The translations under genes were made by a program, and so were the position numbers. A model generated the notes under the pieces. That model was not told the DNA's origin. It worked only from the letters and a program-made list of their open reading frames with translations, and did no database searches. A DNA stretch of 35,503 bases from a virus, in IMG/VR virus record IMGVR_UViG_3300031539_000145. The stretch is one strand, 5' to 3'. Positions 24,722-32,603 of this stretch are shown here, piece after piece; position 1 is the stretch's first letter; the number at the start of each line of letters is the position of its first letter.

Positions 24722-25954
24722 GTGGCAAAGATAATTGCTCTCAGAGCAAGGAACGTGAAGAGGCTCTCTGCTGTGGAAATCATCCCCCCGGCTGATGAGT
24801 CTGTTGTTGTTATTGGGGGTGAGAATGCACAGGGCAAGACCTCTGTGCTTGACTCAATCATGTATGCCTTGGCAGGTGGCAAGAGCATCCCCGATGACGT
24901 GGTCAAGCATGGAGAGAAAAAGGCAACCATTGAAATTGACCTTGGTGAATTCAAAATCACCCGGGTCTTGGGCAAAGGTGCAAGGCTTGAAGTCAAAGCT
25001 GCAGATGGTGAGAAAGTCAACTCACCGCAGCAGGTACTTGACAAGCTTGCCGGGAAGCTCACCTTTGACCCTCTCCACTTCCAGAGGCTGAGTGAGACCA
25101 CCCCCGGGAGAAGAGAGCAGGCTCTCATCCTGAGAGAGCTGGTGGGGCTTGACTTCAGTGGGTATGACAAGAAGAGGCAGATTCTCTTTGACCAGAGAAC
25201 TGAAGTCAACAGAGACCTGAAGAGAGCTCAGGGTACTCTTGAGACAATGGCCTTCTTCCCTCAGGCACCCAAAGAAGCCATCAGGGTCACCGATGTTGCT
25301 GCAGAGCTGCAGAAGGCTGCACAGCACAATGCAGAGGCTCTGAAGCTGAGCAGAGGTCTGGGCAATCTTGAAACCACCATTGAAACCATCAAGAAGAACA
25401 TCGAGCAGCAGCAGTCTGAGCTTGAGAGAGTCATTGCAGAGAAGATGAAGTTGCAGGCTCAAGCCAGAAGCTTCAAGCAGATTGACACAGAGGCTCTCAA
25501 CAAGAAGCTTGAAGAGGCTCAAGAAATCAATGAGCATGTGGCAAAGAACAAGCAGAGAAATGAGCTCAACAAGCTGTCTTCTGAGCTTGAGAAGAAGTCA
25601 GAGCTGCTCACAGAAACCATTGAAGAACTCGATGGTGAGAAAGAGAAGAAGTTGGCTGAGGCTGACATGCCTGTTGAGGGGCTGACTTTTTCTGAAGAAG
25701 GGGTCTTGTTCAATGGGGTGCCGTTCCACAACTGCAGCTCAGCAGAGCAGCTCAAGCTCTCATGTGCAATGAGCATCAAGATGAATCCTGAGCTCAAGGT
25801 CATGCTCATCAGGGATGGCTCTCTGCTTGATGACAACAGCCTTGCAACTCTCAGGGAAATGGCAGGCAAGTCAGACCATCAAGTTTGGCTTGAGAGAGTG
25901 GGCAAGGGTGAAGAGTGCACAGTCATAATTGAAGATGGTTCTGTTGTTCAGTGA
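24722..25954 (+). CDS. SMC/Rad50/SbcC-like AAA ATPase with a central coiled coil (410 aa)
   Basis: Walker A: GGENAQGKTS. About 200 aa of coiled coil. C-terminal Walker B/D-loop: KVMLIRDGSLLDD. Start set to the GTG at 24722 (GAGG + 7 nt). Confidence 0.75.
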   Translation: MAKIIALRARNVKRLSAVEIIPPADESVVVIGGENAQGKTSVLDSIMYALAGGKSIPDDVVKHGEKKATIEIDLGEFKITRVLGKGARLEVKAADGEKVNSPQQVLDKLAGKLTFDPLHFQRLSETTPGRREQALILRELVGLDFSGYDKKRQILFDQRTEVNRDLKRAQGTLETMAFFPQAPKEAIRVTDVAAELQKAAQHNAEALKLSRGLGNLETTIETIKKNIEQQQSELERVIAEKMKLQAQARSFKQIDTEALNKKLEEAQEINEHVAKNKQRNELNKLSSELEKKSELLTETIEELDGEKEKKLAEADMPVEGLTFSEEGVLFNGVPFHNCSSAEQLKLSCAMSIKMNPELKVMLIRDGSLLDDNSLATLREMAGKSDHQVWLERVGKGEECTVIIEDGSVVQ

Positions 25955-25982
25955 GCTGGTGCAGCTCAGAAGGGAGAAGTTT

Positions 25983-26309
25983 ATGAAGAAGTTAGGTGGT
26001 CAGAAAGAGCTCATACCCGAGAATATTCCCGAGCTCAAAGACAAGGATACTGCACAGAAGCTTGAGCAAATATGGAAGCTCAGGGATGGTGCCAAGGTGC
26101 ACGACAAGCTTCAGGCAGAAGCCAAAGAAGTCATCCAAGGTTGGGTGCTTGGGCTTCCAAAGAAAGACCAGAGCATCGGCCAGTGCAAGTGTGGTGATTT
26201 CATTCTGTCCTTCAAGGTTGAGATGCAGGAAGAGAAACCTGTGTCATACAAAACCAAGAAGGGCAAAAAAGTCAGGGTGAAGTTTGCCCCTGAAAATGAA
26301 GAAGAGTGA
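25983..26309 (+). CDS. Hypothetical protein (108 aa)
   Basis: GAAGGGAG + 6 nt + ATG at 25983 (the track ORF starts at 25929). Confidence 0.55.
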   Translation: MKKLGGQKELIPENIPELKDKDTAQKLEQIWKLRDGAKVHDKLQAEAKEVIQGWVLGLPKKDQSIGQCKCGDFILSFKVEMQEEKPVSYKTKKGKKVRVKFAPENEEE

Positions 26310-26322
26310 GAGGGGGCTGCCC

Positions 26323-26943
26323 TTGTATATTCCATTGGAGTTGAGCCTTGAGCTCACAGCTTTTGAAGCACCAAATCCCCGAGAGCTCAAGCACATCTTC
26401 ACTCTCTTTGTGCCGGGAAGACCAAGACCCAAGCAGAGGCTCAGGCATATCATTGCAGGGCTGTGGTCAAAGTATAAGCCCCATGCAATGCTGCACCAGC
26501 TCAAGGGGTTTCTTGCTGGTCTGCAGTTCTGTTTTGCCACACCTGAGCTGCCTGCTGATGAGCTCAAAGAAAGAGTGAGAGAGAATCTGTCATGCCTGAT
26601 GGCAATTGACAATCTGCCTGAGGGCAGGCCAAAGGTCATCGGGTTCACACCACCAGACACTGCAGACTTTGAGAACAAGGTGGCTCTGGCTGCTCAGCAG
26701 CTATACAAAGAGGCACCCTGCATCAAGAGGGCTGCTGTGTTCTTCAAGTTCATCTACTCAATGAGAAATTGGGCAGACCTTGACAACCTTGAGAAGTCTA
26801 TTCTCGATGGTTTGGTGAAGGGCAGAGTTCTCAGTGATGACAGGATTGTTGAAGTGCATCTCAGCTTCAGGGAATATGCAAAGGGCACAAGACTTGAGGG
26901 GTCTCTGGTCAAGGTGTATGAGGTCAGAGACCCCCAACAATAG
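26323..26943 (+). CDS. rusA: RusA-family Holliday junction resolvase with an internal insertion of about 70 aa (206 aa)
   Basis: N-terminal FVPGRPRPKQRLR and C-terminal NWADLDNLEKSILDGLVKGRVLSDDRIV are RusA signatures. GAGAGGGGG + 6 nt + TTG at 26323, with an alternative ATG at 26296. Confidence 0.75.
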   Translation: MYIPLELSLELTAFEAPNPRELKHIFTLFVPGRPRPKQRLRHIIAGLWSKYKPHAMLHQLKGFLAGLQFCFATPELPADELKERVRENLSCLMAIDNLPEGRPKVIGFTPPDTADFENKVALAAQQLYKEAPCIKRAAVFFKFIYSMRNWADLDNLEKSILDGLVKGRVLSDDRIVEVHLSFREYAKGTRLEGSLVKVYEVRDPQQ

Positions 26944-26955
26944 AAAGAGGACAGC

Positions 26956-27747
26956 ATGGCAAGACCAAGAAGCATCAAGCCAGAAGAGCTGAACATGCTG
27001 ACCTTGTTCAAGGTAATTATTGTCAAGTGGAAAGAGCACAATCCTGACATTACAAAAATGAAGGGAAGAGTGGAGTTCTTGAAACTCAAGGCCGCAAGAA
27101 CAACAGACACCATCGATGATGAGAAGTTTGATGTGCAGGGTCTCTTCTTTGCCATGTTGAGACATTCAGCAGGTGGCAGAAGCCCGGGTGAAATTGTTGC
27201 CGGGAGTGGTGAGCACCTGACACTGAAGCAGCTTGCAAGATACCTGAGAAAGACAGTTGAAGAGCTGCTTCCACCTTTGCAGCAACTGATGAGAACTGAC
27301 AGGGTCAAAGTTGTTGTGAAATCTTCAGAGGGCTCACAGGATGAAGAACCCGAAGAAGAACCCGAAGAAGACCAAAGCCGGACATCCGAGAAGGTCAATT
27401 TGTACAGAGCCTGCCGGGTCTTCTTTCTTGCATGGGAAGAATTGCACTTCAAAAGCTACAACAGAAAGTATGACAAGAGCCAGTGGGATGAGAAGAACCT
27501 GCAGCAGACATTGACGCCAGACAAGCTGACAAGGTTCATTGCCTATGCTTTCCACTTCCACCAGCAGGATGGCAAGGTTGGCATCCCCACGCTTGAAGAG
27601 AGAAGTGCCAGCAAATTGAAGACACCATCACTTGACAATTTCTTGAAGAGGGTTGCAGACTACAGCTCAACATTGAGGGGTGAAGAGTGGGAAAGAAGCC
27701 AAAACTGGTCAACAGAGTTCCTGAAGAAACACCAAAGCCCGAAGTGA
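26956..27747 (+). CDS. Hypothetical protein with an HTH-like segment and an acidic linker (263 aa)
   Basis: LTLKQLARYLRKTVEEL looks like a helix-turn-helix. EEPEEEPEED forms an acidic stretch. The function (replication organiser or regulator) is only a guess. Confidence 0.35.
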   Translation: MARPRSIKPEELNMLTLFKVIIVKWKEHNPDITKMKGRVEFLKLKAARTTDTIDDEKFDVQGLFFAMLRHSAGGRSPGEIVAGSGEHLTLKQLARYLRKTVEELLPPLQQLMRTDRVKVVVKSSEGSQDEEPEEEPEEDQSRTSEKVNLYRACRVFFLAWEELHFKSYNRKYDKSQWDEKNLQQTLTPDKLTRFIAYAFHFHQQDGKVGIPTLEERSASKLKTPSLDNFLKRVADYSSTLRGEEWERSQNWSTEFLKKHQSPK

Positions 27748-28190
27748 AAAAACCTTCAGATTTGGTCATGAAGGTTCTCAGGTTTCTTTGCATCACAGAA
27801 CTCATTGGGAAATGGGAAGTGCTCAAAGACCTCAATGTGACTTGGGATGAAGCCAAGTTTAAGGTTGAGCAGTCAATGAGACCAAGCAAAGTTGAGTTTT
27901 ACTTTGTGGGCACCAATGGCAAGCTTGGCAACCCCGTCAATGCCAGAGACATGCTCATGATGTATGAGGCAAAGAAACCTGCTGAATTTATCAAACTTGC
28001 TGAAGAGCTGCTCAACAAAGAGAAACACATGATTGAATCTGTTGAATACAAAAAGGGTGACTATGACAGGGTGTGCAGAGTGAGAGCTGCTCTTGGTGCC
28101 CCCGAGAAGAAATATCTTGACACAAAGATGACTCCCACAGAGCAGGCTGTCTTCTTGAGAAAGCATGAGCTGTGGAATAACCCGAGTTGA
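27687..28190 (+). CDS. Hypothetical protein (167 aa)
   Basis: GAGGGG + 6 nt + GTG at 27687. It overlaps the previous gene by 61 nt. Confidence 0.5.
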   Translation: MGKKPKLVNRVPEETPKPEVKKPSDLVMKVLRFLCITELIGKWEVLKDLNVTWDEAKFKVEQSMRPSKVEFYFVGTNGKLGNPVNARDMLMMYEAKKPAEFIKLAEELLNKEKHMIESVEYKKGDYDRVCRVRAALGAPEKKYLDTKMTPTEQAVFLRKHELWNNPS

Positions 28191-28204
28191 GAAGGGAGAA
28201 GTGA

Positions 28205-28666
28205 ATGAATTTGTATGCCAAGGGCACCACAGTGAGTGTGGGCAAGACTCAGGCAGACATCAGAAAGCTTGTTGAAAAATACAGGGGGCAATGGGTTGGC
28301 GTTGTGACTGACCATGAGCAGGTCAGACCAATCGATGCCCTTGCCTTCAGACTTGCAGGCTTACCCATCAGATTCAATGTGCTGCATCCAAGACCCAATG
28401 ACCCTGAGGTTAAGGGGTACAATCTTGAGAAGGCCATTGAAGCTGAATATAAAAGAAGATGGCGGGAAGTCTGGCTGATTGTGAAGAGCAGGCTGATTGA
28501 AGCGGTGCAACTCAAGCGGGATGTGAAAGAGGTTTTCATGCCCCAACTTGTCACAAAGACAGGCCAGACTCTCTGGGAAATGTCTCAGAAGAACATGAGC
28601 TCTCTTGTGGATGGCAGCATTTCCCTTGGTGCTATGCTGCAACTGCCAGAGGGGGGGTTGAGTTGA
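28205..28666 (+). CDS. Hypothetical protein (153 aa)
   Basis: GAAGGGAG + 6 nt + ATG. Confidence 0.6.
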   Translation: MNLYAKGTTVSVGKTQADIRKLVEKYRGQWVGVVTDHEQVRPIDALAFRLAGLPIRFNVLHPRPNDPEVKGYNLEKAIEAEYKRRWREVWLIVKSRLIEAVQLKRDVKEVFMPQLVTKTGQTLWEMSQKNMSSLVDGSISLGAMLQLPEGGLS

Positions 28667-28935
28667 CAGTCTATGTTGACAGAACAATGAAGCATCCTTC
28701 AGGTGAGTGGTGCCACCTGTTCACCGATGGGTACTTGACCGAGCTCTTTGATTTGGCTCTCAGCATCGGTCTCAAAATCCCTTGGTTTCAGTATGAGATG
28801 AAGTGCACACTTCCACACTTTGACTTGAGACCATCAATGAGAGCCAGAGCAATTGCAGCCGGGGCTGTGGAAGTGGAGAGAGAGAAGGTTGTTGAAGTTG
28901 TCAACCTGTGGAGAGAGAGAAGGGGGTTGCTGTGA
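28663..28935 (+). CDS. DUF4031-family protein (90 aa)
   Basis: MTVYVD...WCHLFTD...ELFDLALSIGLKIPWFQ...LPHFDLRPSMRARAIAAGAVEV matches the DUF4031 pattern. TTGA overlap with the upstream stop. Confidence 0.7.
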   Translation: MTVYVDRTMKHPSGEWCHLFTDGYLTELFDLALSIGLKIPWFQYEMKCTLPHFDLRPSMRARAIAAGAVEVEREKVVEVVNLWRERRGLL

Positions 28936-29825
28936 ACCTGAGAGAACTTGTGTCAGATGTCAGAGTCAACCGGGGTCTCTGGTGGCAAAGAGCATGGTCA
29001 CTTGTTGCAGGCTGCACCCCGGTCTCTGAAGCTTGCCAGAACTGTTGGGCTGCAACAATGGCTCACAGGCAGGGCATGAGGCAGGGCTTGTCTGATGCTC
29101 AATGGGAATTGTGGGGGGGCTTGACAACAGAGCAGGGCAGTTGGAATGGCTCAACCAGACTACTGCAAAAGAATCTCACTCTACCTTTGGATGTCAAGAA
29201 GCCAACTCTCTTCAGCATCTGGAATGACCTCTTTCATCCCAATGTGCCTTGGGAGTTCATCAACAAGGCATGGGGCACAATGCTTGTCATGCAAAGGCAT
29301 TTCTTCTTGGTCTTGACCAAGAGACCCGAGAGGCTTCTTGACTTTCTCAAGAACCACCGAGAGCCCTACAATGCAGAGTTCCCAAGGGGTGTGCCTTATG
29401 CCAACATCGGAATTGGCACCACCATTGAGCTGCCCAAGTACGAGCACAGGCTTGACACCCTGCTTCAGATACCTGCAGCTCTGCACTTTGTCAGTCTTGA
29501 GCCTCTACTTGGTGAAGTCAAGTTGGGATTGGCAAAACCTTGTGACCGCAACTGCAATGAGTATGACCATGCTGAATGCCCCGGCACTGCTGGTCTATGT
29601 GTCATGCAGAGAAAACTGGATTGGGTCTTGCTTGGTTGCGAGTCAGGCAGTCACAGAAGAGACACAAAGTTTGAAGATGCCCAAAAGATTCTCAATGAGT
29701 GCCGGGATGCTGGTGTGCCTGCTTTCTTGAAACAGATTGATTTCTCAGGTGCCAAGATTGTTCATGCACCAACAACTCTCACCGGGCAAGTTCTTCAGTT
29801 CCCAGAAGTGGAGTGGAAACCATGA
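28932..29825 (+). CDS. Phage Gp37/Gp68 (DUF5131) family protein (297 aa)
   Basis: AWSLVAGCTPVSEACQNCWAATMAHR ... FSIWNDLFHP ... FFLVLTKRPERL ... FVSLEPLLG ... LDWVLLGCESG ... AFLKQI are family hallmarks. GTGA overlap, with GAAGGGGG 5 nt upstream. Confidence 0.75.
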   Translation: MNLRELVSDVRVNRGLWWQRAWSLVAGCTPVSEACQNCWAATMAHRQGMRQGLSDAQWELWGGLTTEQGSWNGSTRLLQKNLTLPLDVKKPTLFSIWNDLFHPNVPWEFINKAWGTMLVMQRHFFLVLTKRPERLLDFLKNHREPYNAEFPRGVPYANIGIGTTIELPKYEHRLDTLLQIPAALHFVSLEPLLGEVKLGLAKPCDRNCNEYDHAECPGTAGLCVMQRKLDWVLLGCESGSHRRDTKFEDAQKILNECRDAGVPAFLKQIDFSGAKIVHAPTTLTGQVLQFPEVEWKP

Positions 29826-30172
29826 AAATAATCAGCTTTGCTTGGACAACAGAAGCCCTGCTGCAAGGCAAGAAGACCCAGACAAGAAGGTTCTGGAAAG
29901 ATAGTTATGCCAAGCAGTTCAAGAAGGGTGAGATGGTTCAAGCCTATGACAAGAACCCCCGGGCAGGTGGCAAGATTGTTGCTTTCATCAGACTGACCAA
30001 AGACCCATACCAACAGCATCTCAGTGACATGACTGTTGAGAATTTTGAGGCTGAAGGTGGCACAATGTACTGGTCATGTCTGTTTGATTTCCAGTTTGCA
30101 ATGAAGCAGCAAAAGAAGGGCTTGAAGCCTTGGGTACTTGAGTTTGAACTGCTGAGGGTGGTGAACCAATGA
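29822..30172 (+). CDS. ASCH (PUA-like) domain protein (116 aa)
   Basis: MKIISFAWTTEALLQGKKTQTRRFW is the typical ASCH N-terminus. ATGA overlaps at both ends. Confidence 0.65.
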   Translation: MKIISFAWTTEALLQGKKTQTRRFWKDSYAKQFKKGEMVQAYDKNPRAGGKIVAFIRLTKDPYQQHLSDMTVENFEAEGGTMYWSCLFDFQFAMKQQKKGLKPWVLEFELLRVVNQ

Positions 30173-30834
30173 CAGAGAAGAAAAAGTGGTTTCAAGAGTT
30201 CTTGGTCAAGCCCTACTACTATGCAAGAGATGACGGGGTTGTGCTCTGTGGTCATGCCCGGTCTGCAATGGCTGACTTCCCAGATGAATCTGTGAGCCTC
30301 ATCTTCACTGACCCTGACTACAGCAAGGGCTCAAACCTTGGGTATTGGACACTTGCCCAGAAGAGCCCGAGAATACTCATCCCGGGTGGAGTGCTCATCA
30401 CTGAAGTGCCTCACAGGTACATGACAGGCATCATGATGATATTCCAGCTTGATGGTGCAGCTCAGGGTTTGCTGTGGAGATGGCTCTATGCTTTCCTGTA
30501 CCTCAAGGGGGCACAGAGAAGGCTCAGGATGGGCATCAGAGTCATCATCAAGCCTATGCTCTGTTATGTGAAGGGCAAGTGGAAGAACAGGGGCTTTGTC
30601 ATGGATGGCTTTCCTGTTGAGCCACAGCCCAAGGTGAAGCACAAGTGGCAGAAGAACCTTGATGGTTATAAGTATTTCATCGAGAGACACACTTCCCCGG
30701 GTGACATTGTTCTTGACCCCTTTGCCGGGTCAGGCACCACAGCCTTTGCCTGCAGAGAGCTTGGCAGAAGGTTTGTGCTCATTGACTGTTATCACAAAGT
30801 CTGTGCTGACATTGCAAAAGAACTGAAATCATGA
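30169..30834 (+). CDS. DNA methyltransferase, beta-class (motif IV before motif I), N6-adenine or N4-cytosine (221 aa)
   Basis: Motif IV is LIFTDPDYSKG, a DPDY variant of (D/S)PPY. Motif I is IVLDPFAGSGTTAFAC. Confidence 0.75.
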   Translation: MTEKKKWFQEFLVKPYYYARDDGVVLCGHARSAMADFPDESVSLIFTDPDYSKGSNLGYWTLAQKSPRILIPGGVLITEVPHRYMTGIMMIFQLDGAAQGLLWRWLYAFLYLKGAQRRLRMGIRVIIKPMLCYVKGKWKNRGFVMDGFPVEPQPKVKHKWQKNLDGYKYFIERHTSPGDIVLDPFAGSGTTAFACRELGRRFVLIDCYHKVCADIAKELKS

Positions 30835-31211
30835 AAATCCAGAAAGACCCTAAGCTCTGGGAACCCCCTGAAAATGGGTACAGGATTGAGACAGGAGATG
30901 AAACTTGGGATGTCATGACAATGATTGATGTCAACCAGAACATGAGTGCCCTTTGTCTTGAGGAAAAAGAAGCCATCGCCTATGACAATAATACAGATGA
31001 AGTGGTCTCAAGACTGCATTTTGAAAATGAGAAGTTGAAGTGGAAAATTTACAGACAAATTCCAACAATGGCCGATGTCATGAGACACTTTGATGATGCA
31101 AAGAAAGCACTTCATGGATTAGAGAAGGCTGCAAGAACATCCAAGAGAGCCCGGGCTGAACTCAACAAAGCCTACAAGAAGCTTGATGATTTAGAAGGGA
31201 GAATAACGTGA
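30831..31211 (+). CDS. Hypothetical protein (126 aa)
   Basis: ATGA overlap with the MTase stop. Its last codons contain the RBS of the next gene. Confidence 0.6.
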   Translation: MKIQKDPKLWEPPENGYRIETGDETWDVMTMIDVNQNMSALCLEEKEAIAYDNNTDEVVSRLHFENEKLKWKIYRQIPTMADVMRHFDDAKKALHGLEKAARTSKRARAELNKAYKKLDDLEGRIT

Positions 31212-31465
31212 AGAAGCTCTTGGTATTTCATAGACAGGGCTGACCAAGGTGCACTGAGGCTCTCGGGAAAGCTGAAGAGCTTGCCGGAAAGCATGGGTTC
31301 AAGTTTGAGCTCTATGACCTTGACACCATTGATGGTCTGGCTGAGTATGCCTTCAATGTCTCGGGTCAACTGAGAACGCCTGTCTTTGTTGTGGTCAAAG
31401 AAAAGACCAAGGTTGCAACCGATGTCTTTGGGCAAGCTGAGCTTGCAGTGAGGGATAAAAGATGA
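31208..31465 (+). CDS. Thioredoxin-fold (glutaredoxin/NrdH-like) protein with an in-frame TGA (31241..31243) at the first redox position; candidate selenoprotein U-P-R-C (85 codons)
   Basis: AGAAGGGAG + 6 nt + GTG at 31208 (GTGA overlap upstream). Hand translation: (M)KKLLVFHRQG-TGA-PRCTEALGKAEELAGKHGFKFELYDLDTIDGLAEYAFNVSGQLRTPVFVVVKEKTKVATDVFGQAELAVRDKR. The stop at 31463..31465 overlaps the next ATG. It is absent from the ORF track because of the internal TGA. Confidence 0.6.
31266..31285 (+). promoter_or_regulatory. Candidate SECIS-like hairpin downstream of the in-frame UGA
   Basis: GGAAAGCU-GAAG-AGCUUGCC: an 8-bp stem with one A.G mismatch and a G-first tetraloop. The apical loop begins 30 nt after the UGA. 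Confidence 0.3.
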
Positions 31466-31836
31466 AGAGAGTTTTTATCTGTTCAGCATTCAGAGCTGAA
31501 GACCATGACCAAGAAGAAGTGCACAAGTGGTATGCAAGAGAGCTTTGCAGGTATGCCATTGATGAGGGCTATGCCCCCTTTGCACCGCATCTGTTCTTCA
31601 CTCAATTTCTGAGTGACCTCAGTGAAGTTGAAAGAAGCCAAGGCATCAGGGCAGGTCTCATGTTCATGCAGACTTGTCAAGAGCTCTGGTTTGGTGTGAA
31701 GCATGGTCTCTCAGAAGGCATGAAGTTTGAAATTGAACATGCTGCCAAGTCAGTTGGCATCCCCATCTTCATTGTTGTCAAAAATCCTGATGGCACTTTC
31801 ACCAGAGGGCAGACAGAAAAACTGCCCCAAGTATAA
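31462..31836 (+). CDS. DUF4406 / nucleoside 2-deoxyribosyltransferase-like protein (124 aa)
   Basis: MKRVFICSAFRAED...ARELCRYAIDEGYAPFAPHLFF...WFG...SEGMKFEIEHA fits the DUF4406/DUF1937 Rossmann-like pattern. Confidence 0.55.
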   Translation: MKRVFICSAFRAEDHDQEEVHKWYARELCRYAIDEGYAPFAPHLFFTQFLSDLSEVERSQGIRAGLMFMQTCQELWFGVKHGLSEGMKFEIEHAAKSVGIPIFIVVKNPDGTFTRGQTEKLPQV

Positions 31837-31883
31837 CTCAGGGCAGCTCTCCCGGTTGAGAAGGTAAATACAGCCAAAGGCTG

Positions 31884-32489
31884 CTATGTCTTCACAGGTT
31901 CTTCTCTGGGTGGAATTTCACTTGGCAATGGGTCTCTTGGTATAGAGGGCAGTTTCAAGACTGCTCTTTCAACAGCCGGGTTGTTCAGGGCTGCAGCTTT
32001 CCGCTTCATGTCTTTCTTGTCTCTTCCAAATTCAAGTGCCCTGACCAGACCTGTCACAGCAGTGCCAAGAGTCAGCTTCTCTTTGCCGAGCCAGATGGTC
32101 ACTGCACCAAGCAGCACATTGCCTGCAATGACATACCAAGGCACACCAGAGTCTTTCAGGTCTTTGTACTCAGCATACAGAGCTTGGCCTTCTGCCTTCA
32201 GGCTGTTGAAATGTGCAACAGCTTCTTTCAGTTCAGCAGACAGGTCAACAATGAGAGCTGCAGCTTCTTCGGGAGTCAGCTCACCATTCTTGAGCTTCTC
32301 TCTCACTTCTGCTTGTTTCTGCCAAAGCCTCTCAATCTGCTCTGCAGTTGACTTTGACTCTTTCTGGATGATAATCATCCTGTTGTTCATGCTCTCAAGC
32401 TTCTCTCCCTGTTCAGGTGTGAGAGCCAAGCAGCCCACAAGCACTATGCTTAAAACCAGTGCAATGAGCAGCAACCATGCTGTTCTCAC
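31884..32489 (-). CDS. Lipoprotein with coiled-coil region and an internal transmembrane helix (201 aa); spanin-like or other envelope protein
   Basis: Signal peptide plus lipobox: LLLIALVLSIVLVGC. Transmembrane segment: WYVIAGNVLLGAVTIWLG. GAAGGGGGG + 6 nt + GTG. It is the last gene of the late arm. Confidence 0.55.
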   Translation of the reverse strand: MRTAWLLLIALVLSIVLVGCLALTPEQGEKLESMNNRMIIIQKESKSTAEQIERLWQKQAEVREKLKNGELTPEEAAALIVDLSAELKEAVAHFNSLKAEGQALYAEYKDLKDSGVPWYVIAGNVLLGAVTIWLGKEKLTLGTAVTGLVRALEFGRDKKDMKRKAAALNNPAVERAVLKLPSIPRDPLPSEIPPREEPVKT

Positions 32490-32603
32490 AGCTCACCCCC
32501 CTTCAAAACATGCAGCAGCCTACAATGAAGGAAACTACTGCTGACCAAAAAACAATCTTCAAGCACTCGCTTGGTTTCCAATCCCTGAATGGTCTGTGTT
32601 TTA

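Noticed and set aside
31172-31435. The 87-aa minus-strand ORF is the only track ORF covering the gap between 31211 and 31462.
   Set aside because: It lies antisense within a plus-strand operon and has no RBS. The plus-strand frame has a perfect RBS, coupled overlaps at both ends and a thioredoxin-fold translation interrupted only by one TGA.
16779-31836. Lysogeny module (integrase, CI/Cro-like switch, attP)
   Set aside because: I recognised no tyrosine or serine recombinase signature and no obvious repressor pair. Only one HTH-like segment (26956..27747) was seen, so temperate status cannot be supported from this sequence.
31837-31883. Bidirectional rho-independent terminator at the convergence point of the two arms
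   Set aside because: Only 3-5-bp complementary stretches with large loops could be found by eye, and no convincing GC-rich stem plus T-tract.
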